From contig NC_092673.1 in assembly GCF_964355755.1 (NCBI RefSeq), positions 8,432,001-8,496,000 of the forward strand: a stretch of DNA of 64,000 nt, read 5' to 3'. Each line of letters opens with the position of its first letter. Position 1 is the stretch's first letter. Positions 27,201-39,200 of the stretch are shown here, piece after piece. The notes below the pieces were generated by a model. The model ran no database searches, had not been told where the DNA came from, and saw only the letters and a program-made list of their open reading frames with translations. The position numbers were made by a program, and so were the translations under genes. The DNA comes from Antedon mediterranea (Eukaryota; Animalia; Echinodermata).

Positions 27201-30200
27201 ATTGATGGCAGGTATTTCCAAATTTCCAAATGTAGCTTACGTGTTCAAATTCTTTTTTAAATCTCTAATCATAATTCATCATATTGATGGCAGGTAATTT
27301 TCAAATGTAGCTTACGTGTTTAAATTATTTTTTAAATCTATAATCATAATCCATCATATTGATGGCAGGTAATTTTCAAATGTAGCTTACGTGTTCAAAT
27401 TCTTTTTTAAATCTATAATCATAATCCATCATATTGATGGCAGGTGATTTTAAAATGTAGCTTACGTATTCACATTTTTTTAAAAATCTATAATCATAAT
27501 CCATCATATTGATGGCAGGTATTTCCAAATTTCCAAATGTAGCTGACATGTTCAAATTCTTTTTTAAATCTATTATCATAATCCATCATATTGATGGCAG
27601 GTAATTTCCAAATGTAGCTGACATGTTCACATTTAAAAAAATCTATAATCATACTCCATCATATTGATGGCAGGTAATTTCCAAATGTAACTTGCGTGTT
27701 CAATTTTTTTTAAATCTATATAAATCATAACACATCATATTTGATGGCAGTGAATTTTATAATTTTACTAATTATTATTGTGTATAAATAATTTCATAAT
27801 TATGCAATTATATTATATTTATTATACAGTAGGCATATGCTGTAGTTCAAAGGTCAATAACCATACTATCGGCCATTCTTGTACAAAATGTGCCATTAGA
27901 CTGGATAGAAACACATGTTTTAAACAATTTAAAAAGAAAAAAAATGTCTTAAGACCAACATTTTCAGAGTTATTATTATATTTGACTAATGTTTTTCCTT
28001 TAATTAATAAGCTATGTTTATTACTTTCCAACACAAATTTTACTTATAATTTAGGAAAATACGTCTACTTTGCTTTTGAAAGAAGAAACCATTATCTTAA
28101 GTTATAGTTATTTTTTTATTTGTTTGTATTAGGGCCAAAGGCCAATATACATTGAACAATAAATTCTCTGAAAAGGGAAAGAAGAAGACTAATAGTTCAA
28201 AGGTCAATAGTTGTAGAATCGGCCATTTTTTGTAAAAACATTTCATTATAATAAATATGAATGTATAGTTTCTGAACAATTTGAGCCCTATTTCGTGTCT
28301 CTCCGATTATTGGTTACTGAGATACGATAAATCAAGGTCAAAGGTCAAAATCTCAGAAATAAGAATTGCATCCATTTTTTGACAAAATGTGTCATTAAAG
28401 TGAATATAAAATCATATATTTAAAACATTTTGACACCAAAATTAATTATCTGTGACTAGTGGTTCTCGAGATATAGGGTAATTATAAAAAATGGCCGCCA
28501 TTTTTAATTATGCAAATTAAGGGCTTAGATGGCCGAATTTCGCTTGGGATCCGCCATTTTCGTAATCAGCGAGGTTGAAATATCCTAAATCAAGTGGATC
28601 CCAGCTTCTACCCAAAAATGCTTCTTGCACCATATTTCAGAGGAAATAGAACTTGTCTAATTGTGCAAATAAGAATTCTACAAACGTGCAAAACAAAAAT
28701 CTGTTTATTAACAGCAGGAAAACAATATGTAGACATAGGGATAAATATTGGTATAATCCGATTTAAAATAGCGCAAAGATTTCGTTGCGAATCTGCACAA
28801 CCTTGTAGGCCTACAATTTGAATTTGTGCAAGAAAATCTTTATAAGCCTACCATTTTTAACATTTTATTCTTTTACTTGCATCGAAAGTCTGCGCAGTTT
28901 GAATCGAGTATTTTGATTTAATTTATACAAGAGAATTCTCGCAATTCCAAATTGTATACATTGTTTAAATCGCGAATAACCCAAACACATTTAAAATAAA
29001 ATATAGAAAATCTAATGAATTCTATGGAACTTCAATTTCAACTGTATGGAAGTTACCATCTCCAGCAAGTATTGGACATCATTGTGGTTGTTTGTTTTCT
29101 AACAAAGCAGATTATCATCCTGTTTTACTACAATTAGGGCCTAAATACGTAAGTGACTACAGTAGGCCTATATATTGAAAACATTATGAATAATATTTCG
29201 CATTAGGTTATCATTTTTAATAAATTGATTTTGGTTGAAGAAAATTATTTAAATATGTGCATATTTCTTTTGCATTTTTAACTTCAACTGATTGTTTTTA
29301 CATTTTAACGGCGTGATTTAAGCACACATTAGTGGATTATGAATGTTTACAGATTTGCACATTTAAGGTTGCCATGTTTGCAAAAATGTGGCTGTTTGCA
29401 CAAAAATATGACTGCACATTTGAGGGCAAAATGTTTTCACAAATTCGTATAACGTTTATAATTACAAGAAAAGTAGCCTACTTTACGATAATTATTAAAC
29501 ATAGTTTTCAGCATTCAATTAATAATTGTATGATGATGTGGAAACTGAAACAACATCACACGGCAGTCATTTGTCCTAATAGAGCTAATATAGTAATATC
29601 CTATAATAGTACCATATAAAGAGGCTATGCATCTTTAATTGAATCAGAACACTATGGAGCAGTGTAATCTACAGTATTAACTAAGTTCACCGTATATATT
29701 CAACTCACCCACACGCCTCTCTGAAATAACCTCTGACAATATCTGAAGATCAGAATATGACTTTATAAGAAATACGTGCGATGTATATGGTGTGTTTGCT
29801 ATGGATTTAAGTTCATTTCGATCTACTTGTGCTCCAATGCCAACTGCAAATATCTCTACATCCTGAAGAATAATTTGTTTAAATGAACATTTATACCAAT
29901 GATTATAATTATCACATACATTTTACAAACTCGATTATACTATTACGATATAGCACTATGGCTGCTTTAAACGTTAGTTTTATTAGTTACTTCTCCTAGA
30001 TTATGTTTTCCAAAAATGTATTTTTGTAATTTGCGTTTAAGACAGAACTTCAAAAGTTGAATAAAAAAATAATATTTTCACCAAATTTGTAATTTGAGGA
30101 ATAGGCCTAACCTATCCTTGATATGTACTGTAGGCAAATAAATAAAATGAGAGAATATCTGGCAAATTTGTTTACGCCAATCACTGTAATTGAACATAGA

Positions 30201-33200
30201 GCCCAACCTTCTATCTAATTATAGTGATTACTGTATAGCTTGTTTTGGTTTTATAAAAAGCGCGGAAATATGTATTATATTAAAGCAATGTTAACCTCCG
30301 AATCACGAAGACGCTTTGCTGCAGCAGAAGGATTACCATCGTTTGATTCACCATCTGTCATCATAAATAGTGCCCTCTTGGCTTCAGGCCTCATTTCAGG
30401 TATCACATCTTGGAAAATGGTTTCAAAAGCTTCTCTCATAGATGTTCCTCCGCCAAGTTCTTGCTAAAATCATTAAAGAAATATTGTAAGAAGGCTTCAT
30501 TGTCATAATTACTTCTTTTAAATCTAATTACTATGAAAAGTGAGAGTGTTTACAACGCCTACTGATATTTAGCCACTGTGTTATTGTGTTATGTTTTGCT
30601 TAAGCTACATTTAGGCCTAAATGTGTTTAGTTTACTGAAATGATTACAGCACCGTTCAATCATTTAGATATATAGGCCTATAGTTTTTATTTTTATTTAT
30701 CTTGCATATAATAGAAAAGAAGTGGTTGTAAAAAAACTCAAGTCATGGTGCAATATTCAATTCTATATTAATATAATGTTGTGTCTAATTAAATGTGTAC
30801 TCTTGTACAATATTGTTCACTTTTAAATTGCATCTTATTCGTATCAGTATCAGCAGTGTTTAATATCATGTTAAGATACTTGTTGTACTGTTCTTGCGCA
30901 ATTGCGTTTGATTTGTTATTGGAAAAAAAAGATTAAAACATACTTGAATTTCTGTTATTTTATCCTTTACTTCCTGAATTTCATTTGCGTCTTCCTGATT
31001 AAAATTAAACTTCACTCGTGCACCAGATGCAAACACCACTGCAGCAAGTCGTGTTCCCCCTAATTACAACATAACATGACATTTTGTATTATCATAATGT
31101 TTCTTGCAATATTTTATATTTCCAAATACATTTCTGCGTCGAACTGTTTACGTATGTGTTTTTATTTATTGAAACTTGTAGCTCATAGGCTAGTCTTACC
31201 ATATACTAAAGAAACAGAATTACTTCATCTGCGATTAGATCAACCATACATGGCCATGTATAATACATACATAATAGTTATTTTTACTTTGACAAAAAAA
31301 ATCTTTTAAAAAATATTTGCCTAAAAAAATTGAATTAAAATCAAACAAATATGGGTGCCAGCATTGGTTTTACATTGAACAGTTTATTTTGTCTTTTTAT
31401 GAATGAAAACATACGGTAATTATTTTGTTTTTCTGTGAAAGGAATTAACTTTATTAAAACTACAAAATGGCCTATTCAAAATCGTATTTTATTAATCTTT
31501 TTATTTTAAATATTGCATTGCCTGGTGATTGGCTAGTAGATTACACCACATCAAATCACCGAGCCTAATCAAATTAAAATTGTGGGACTAGCTGACTGAG
31601 TGTGGTACTTTACGTCAGGCCCCAGCTCGCTGAGAAGCTTTTGTTTATATCGTAAAATTCGTGAGTGCTTCACGTGTGTGGCGGCAGAAGACACAGAACG
31701 TATAATCCAACTACAAACGTCCACTTCAGTTCACAGTCTTACCAAGCTAAACACCACAACTTTTTTCAATATTGTTTTAATGACCGTAAATACTAAAAAA
31801 AGATACATATTAACCATATACACAATTAAATCTAAACTTATTGATGACCACCTCACGTGACACTGTCATTAAAGGCGGACTGGATCCTTCGTAACGACAA
31901 TGTTATTTGAATACAAGACAGATAAAAAAAAGACTAACAGAACCGACACTCGAATTCAATCTCCTTCTATCGTTGTCGTAGTTGCAACCAACTTTATATT
32001 ATTCTTCTACTTCTGTAAAACGTGTCACAATTATTTAAACTTACCTTCTTCGTAACTGACACCAAACTCGTCAACAAGAAGCTTCGCGAATTCCACTCCG
32101 TATTCGAAGTCAGTATAACTGATAGAGGATGATGCATCGAATGCAAAGACAATATCAAGGCCTACCGCATTGGCTGCTAAGCGACCTTCAATTGCTCCTC
32201 CGGCGGCACTAGTGTTGGAATATGATCCAACTTTATCTATAAAACTGTCTTTGAAATCTTTTGCTATATCGACGAACGTAGGGTTTTCTGAAAATAAAAT
32301 AATTTGATCTCTTAGCAAAAAGCAAAAGAAAATGAATGCAGGATTAATATGTAGTAAAAACACCGTAGATTAAATTAAATAATACACATTACATTAATTA
32401 CAATACCGTAAAACCTTGAAAAGAAGCCCACTGGGCTTCTTATTAAGATAGTATAGGCCATTTTTTCCAGATTTGAATGTCAAAGGAATACAAATTTGTA
32501 TTATCGTGTTTAGCATATAAATTAAAATGTATTAATTACCGGTATCTCAACAATCAAGCTTCACGTATTTATTTGATTTTCCAAATAGTACTTAGAATTT
32601 ATCTTGTTCTTGTCTGCTTCGTTGGGAAATATGAACAATTGGCAGGGAATGTCTCAAAATCATATTATTGTAGTAACAACAACAATTTACAGCATTCACT
32701 AAAAAAGAAGCACCATCTTAAGTTTGAAAAAGCAATCTCGAAAAGAAGCCCACTCTAGAATCTTTTCAACGTTTTACGGTATTCGTGTTATCATACACTT
32801 TAATATTTAGTTAATCATAAATCACATCACAATACGCCATTTCCTATTATACAGAATGTTGATATACAGTAATGATTGTCATACTTACTCTTACAAATTG
32901 GTTCATAATATGAAAACTCTCCGGATACAAGACATGTTCGTCTATTTGGACCTGCTAAATAAAACCCTTCATTGCACGTATAATAAATGCTGCTGCCATA
33001 CAGGATATTTTCGTCGGCTATAATCCCTCCATTTTGTATATTCGGAGGTTCAGAGCAACCCTGAAACTCTAAACGAGAGACGTGATTTTGTTTGTATATT
33101 ATTACAAGCTAGGCCTAGTTTATTGAGGTAATATGAATAGTTAGGCTGGTTTGCTCATCACCGTATTATGAATATGTTAATTAATCAGTAAGTGTGTCCT

Positions 33201-36200
33201 GGTGTAATTCGTAATCTGAATCCGATGACATCTAGCCACATAATCAATACTAATTATTACTCAGTGCTGAGTAATATTTGCTTATTTTTTAAAAGCCAAA
33301 ATATGACTTAATTGTCATAAGATGATACTTTAGTTATTACTACAGTAGGTTGAAGAAACTGAACTAAAGATTAACATCGTGTTAAAGTTGATAACTTCAT
33401 GGGTATCTCCAAACGGTGGTATCCCTCAAGAATTAACGACATGATCAATGATCTCCCACTATATGGATGACCCAACCAATTCAGAAAGAATCATAACAAA
33501 AACAACGTCTAATAAAAGGGCTTAACACAGAAAAGAACATTTTTCACCAAATGAAAGATGGGTTTGTGTCGAGAGAGTTTAGGCATGGTCCCAAGGGTGC
33601 CGGTACATGGCTTTTAACTTCAAGAAGGTCATGTACTTTTGACCCATGGGCGTTGAGGGGGTATTTTGTATTCCTTTTTCTTTTGCCTTCCCTCGGACCA
33701 ACACGTCAATAATTATATCTCAATTTGTTTATGAATATTATTAATTCTACGATATTTTAGTTACGATTCTGTATAGACCTTTTGTATATTAGGCCTATTA
33801 TATTTTACAAGTATATTAATGGTGCGTATATATATAGGCCTATATATATAACAATAGTGAATGCTAATTGTTAATACTATATATTCAACAGGGCAGCCTT
33901 CACGTAATGTAAGGTATTAGATGTAGGCTAATATCAATACCATAATTTACTGGTGGCTGCCCCCTGTATTATTATTACATTAGTTTTACGGTATATATTT
34001 AGTTATTTCGTCATTTAATAATAAATGACATTTCCATCCATTTCGATGTTTTCTTTCTCCTTATTAAATCCTCCTCTGGCCGCCAACGGTAATATATCAT
34101 TCGATGTTTTGACGAGACTAAATTATTTGGAGTTAGCGATCTCTCTTGGTCTATAGCATTGTCAAGAAACGCAATTCTCGTCATTTTTTCTAAAGAAATT
34201 ATGACATACCTGATATAATACTCGCAAGCAAACAATTGATTGAAAAAATACAGAAATATCGCCATTTGATACTGAATGTGTCGACACGAACAAACGAACA
34301 GATATGGAACGCCAAGAGTGCATCATTAAAACTGCATTCGACTCGATTAATTACATCTCGTCTTCTTATAACCAGTGAGTTATTTTACAACTCCCTGTTA
34401 TAACGAACACTATAGGCCTACCAAGCAGCGTGTTGTGAACATGTGCATGAAGAGGGCCATAAGAAAGCTTTACATTTCACACATGCATTGTATACGGTCA
34501 AACCTTACCCGCCGCTGAAAAAGGGGCCGTTTTGACCTGGTTTGCCATGTTTATGATATTTCGTGTGCTAATCGAGTCGAATGCAGTTTTAATGATGCAC
34601 TCTTGGCGTTCCATATCTGTTCGTTTGTTCGTGTCGACACATTAAGTATCAAATGGCGATATTTCTGTATTTTTTCAATCAATTGCTTGCTTGCGAGTAT
34701 TATATAAGGTATGGTTTAAAGATCTTTGGCTATGTTCGGCTTTGGGATGTTATACCACACTTAGGCCTAGGCTATTACCCCTAATAATTAAAGGTCGTCG
34801 GTTTCGTGTTATGGGTCGTCCAATTCTAGGTCGTCCAATTCGAGGTCGCCCGGGTCGTTGGGGTCGTCCAATTCGAGGTCGTCGCTTTCTACACACCCCG
34901 AAGTGGTCTTTGCTGTAGGCCGTTAGTATATTAGCCTAATATTGTACCATATGGTCGGTTATAAAATACGCAAGCCACTAATCTTTCGAATCTACTGAAA
35001 ACCCTTTTGCCATAATACTACCATTTCAATCCTATTTCAATGGATTAAGGAATAGAAGGATATGCATCATCAACGGTGACATCAAACAATTTACAACGCG
35101 CATGCCCATACTAAAGCACTGCTGCCAATCAAACAAACACCCAAATGCAAACGTTTCTGTACGTTTTACAAACGTTCTGTGCTTGCTGGGCATTGAACTC
35201 CGTGTCTGTAACCGCGGCCCTCTGCCGCTGCGAATCAACTGTTACATTTTTAGAACACCATTTAGAAATCGTATGCGCAGTCTGATAGTTCTATTGACAT
35301 GTCTGCGTCGATGATTAATTGACAACAACAATATATTGCTGAACAATTCTGTTTAATTTCATCACAATCGGACTACGAAAAGTTCGCTTTCTTACGACCG
35401 GTAATTTTAAGTAGTTGGTAATATGAATAAAATATGGAATTTTTAAATTTTAATTATCATAATTATTAGCCTGCCACCTTCTGTCATTAAAATGTGCGTT
35501 AATCTATAGAATATTAAATTATGCATTTTACCATGTATGTTGTTACCGTGTCTTGTGGTGTCATGTACAACAAACGTTTTTTTAATATATGGCTAAGCAG
35601 TGGTTTCTTCATAAATCTCCTTAATATCGATGTGATTATGTGATGTGATTACAATTTAAAAATTGTAGTGCCTGTTGATTGGCTAGTGGTTATGTCATCC
35701 ACATCACATCCAATCACCGGGCCTAATCGAATAAAATCTACTTTAAGGTCATAAAAACATTAGCGTAGATCAATCGCGACAGGTTTCGAACATGGCAAAA
35801 TTAATGTTTTTTAAACCCAAAGGATACTACAATTTACAAACAATTTGTATTTAATCTTGTAATTACACTTATTAATAATCTTGTAATAGTTCTGGGAGAT
35901 CGTTTAATTTGAATACAAAAAAGTTATAATTAAATTCGTCGCATAAAGTTGTGTTCGTCGCTATAGCAGCTAGCACTAAAGATATAAAATAGTAATCATG
36001 CCACCAAGATAAAAGCGCGCAAAAGAATAGCCAACAAGGTTAAAGGTTGTTAAGCATGTGCAGTAAATAATATAACTGTATTAGGTACGCGACCGTTTCG
36101 TTGTTAACGACGGTTAATTAAACTGTGTTTATGTTGTAACATTGTGGGTGGTCCGCGCTCTGTCGGTTAGAGTCATGGAAACTTTGATCTCAAACTGTAT

Positions 36201-39200
36201 TTTGTCTTTATGTCTTTTATGTGTAAACTGACTTTGGGGTTGGGTCAACCGGCTCAGCTACAGTGATTAAGTCCACTTAGGTTGACCCTGGTCTCCCCAA
36301 TTTGAGTTTTTTTGATCAAATAAATAATGAAATGAAATGATTCCTTAATCCATGATCCTAAAGTAAAACAGAGCAATTACCGCCTTCATTCGCTGTTACC
36401 TAAACCTAATGAACATACATATAATTTCCGATGTAAACGAGAATGTAATGTACCTAAAGTGAACAGTACAATAGCCGCTCGAAACATTTTATTCTCAATC
36501 ACGGTATTTTCACTGACTTTTTAATTGCGGGTTATCTTTTAAATTTAAAAGCTGTAGGCCTATAACTTTTATCTTTTTTTTAATTATTATTTTTATCTAA
36601 TAATCTAAGTGTAAATGACTTGATAATTGATTATAAATGATAATTGATATTTTTGTATCTAACTCTGCAATATTGCAATCTGTATTTTACTGTTACGATT
36701 GCAATAAATAAATTTCAATTTCAATGATAACATATTATATGTATACAACATTAACCGTTATCATATACTTTGTTATTAATTTTGTTTTGTTAGACAATTC
36801 CAATACAGATGTTTATAAGTCGTACCAATTTAGTGTTAAATTGTTGCATGTTACACATGCTCATCTAATTGCAAAGAAGTAAAGGAGTGTAGGCCCATAG
36901 AAAGCAATACTATTATAGACCTACAAGGCCTATATGTTTTGGTTAAGCTTTATACTGTATGAGATTGGTTTGGAGATAAAATAAATAAATGTATAAATAA
37001 ATAATACATTAAACTAATTCCTCCATGATATTATTAATCTTACCACAAAATGCAGGCTTGTTATCAGGAAACCAATTACCATTACAATCACATGTCCTGA
37101 TGTAACTTGTACTTCTGTAGTTTTCGTCACATGTGTATTCCAAATTACCATTTCCTTTTATTTCAATTTTGCCATGCTCTAAAGATTCGTTCAGATCCGG
37201 ACATGGCTCATTATATTCTGAAATAAGTAGAGAAACACAATATGTGATGTGTTTTAGCATCCTTTTTGTCTTTAAAATTAAGATGCACTCATCTAATTTC
37301 ATTTTAATTTTTTAATAAGCTTTGAAAGTTTTATGATACTAATAATAATAATGATGATGATGATGATGATGATGATAATGATAACGATACACTTACTAAC
37401 TACAAAATTGAATAGATTAAGTGACATGTTAGCAGTTTCTTACAGACAATGTTCACATTTGTATTAATATCTTCACTTAGCTCATTCCAAACCTTGGCAC
37501 GTCTATGATAAGCTACATTTTGTGTAGTTTGTTTTTAGTTTTTGTATTATTAAAATTGGCTTAGTTCATTATAGTAATTGTTTTTAATATTGAATTCATT
37601 TAATACATTTTGAGGTAGTGTCTTACTTTAAATTATATTTGAACAGCCCCGACCAACGTGGCAATACTCAAGATTTTGCATTATCGATTTGTGAGCACCA
37701 AGAAAGATTATTATATAATATCACAATTTTATGTACACAAGAGATTGGTTCTCCATCTATGTTAATGTTGACTAATTGTAGGTAAGATAGCTTACTTAAC
37801 TTCTGCCTCGTTCTAATTAACATATAATCAGATTTTTTTAACATTTAGGCTAAGTTTGTTGCATATGAGCCATCTTTTAAGACATAATAAATCAGAATGT
37901 ATTGTTTCAGAAAGGTTATTAATATTGTTGGAAGTGTAGTAGGCATATCTGATAGTATCATCAGCATACATAGAAACAGAGAATATATTACCGTAGAGGA
38001 GAAACATTATGGTCCTAGTATAGACCCCTGAGGGATTTCACATATACTGTGACTTTCATCAGAAAAATATCCATTTACATTAGTTATGTACACGGTTATG
38101 CAGGTCAAACCATAACAACTATATCCCAAATTTTATCTACATTACCTCTACCAACTAAAGATAAGTTTAGGCTCATTGTTTAATATATTATAGTTATAAT
38201 TACTAATAGTAACTATTATAAAATAATTATGTTGTATTGTATTCTGTTAATTTTGGGTGAACCACATCGGTGTGTGCCACTGTATCAAAAGTGTCTCCAA
38301 ATACATGTTAAAAAAAGTTAATCCGCTAAATATAACACGGCTTTCAAATAATAACAGGTTGTTTTGTAATTTAATTTTTTAAATTATGTATCAATTTTGG
38401 GTAAAGAGGCCCACTGATGATCGAACATTTGTTTTGCAAGTTCCAGTATTACAATATTACAATAATAAACATTGTCAAGATATTATTGATGTTACATTAT
38501 TCAATTGGGAAAAAACCTCGCCATAAATGGAGAAATATATTATAACTACAAATCAAAACAATATACAATACAAAAAGGAAACAATTCAATACTTTACGTG
38601 TAGGCTTACCTGTGCAATGTTTTCCGTCTCCAGTGAAGCATTCCTTGCACTCACAAGTGTAAGATCCGACGAGATTGGTGCACCTTGCTTTCGTGTGACA
38701 AGCAGGAATTCGTTTGGGTTCGGGATCGTCCGAGGCGGATGACGAGAATGATGATGAGAAAGAATCTCCTACTATCGATTGTGTTTCTTCATCTAGTAGA
38801 ATTCCAACTTTGCATTCATTTATATCTACCGACGATAACAAATGAATTAAGACCTACCTATTATGTTTATATATGCGCCATTTTCATAATAATTTATCAT
38901 TATCATAATTATCTTTTTTGCATAATTATTAATACTAGACAAATTTTATTTGTATATGCGTTTATATATCTAACAGTATGGCCTACACACAATCACAGTA
39001 ATAAGTTTATTTATGTGTTTATATATCTAACAGTACCCACACTCACAGTTAAAAAATTGCGATCCAATTAATTGCGACCAAAAATGGTTAATACGTATTT
39101 ACAGTATCCAAGTATTGCAATACTATATCTAAAGGTTTTAGGTTTGTTCCCCAAAGGCCCATACATTTACCAACAGGTACTTGTGTTAAACCAAATAGTT

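Larger units (their letters stand above)
24438..28659. mobile_element. Defective Academ (XPG-nuclease type) DNA transposon, almost fully inverted-repeat
   Basis: Termini TAGACAGGTTCCATTT... / ...AAATAGAACTTGTCTA with 3-bp TSD ATT (24435-24437, 28660-28662). Long inverted arms. Frameshifted XPG/FEN1-like motifs NHEEADTRL, FHTITGCDTTSYLSGHSKASAW, LPPTSD..HQHIKRA..QALVW and a C-terminal Cys cluster (CGCK..C..LC). Confidence 0.85.
24275..29450. mobile_element. Older non-autonomous TIR element into which the Academ inserted
   Basis: GCAAACATGGCAACCTTAAATGT...GCATAATCC (about 24357-24400) is the reverse complement of GGATTATG...ACATTTAAGGTTGCCATGTTTGC (about 29334-29381); outer ends approximate. 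Confidence 0.6.

Noticed and set aside
24919-28279. Duplicated ORFs MCINNFII... and PAINMMDYDYRF... on both strands
   Set aside because: Translations of the Academ inverted arms and minisatellite.
34691-35314. Arg/Gly-rich ORF 34691-34918 and ORFs 35032-35314
   Set aside because: Derived from a GGTCGTCCAATT tandem tract and repeat-like intron sequence; no domain or splice support.
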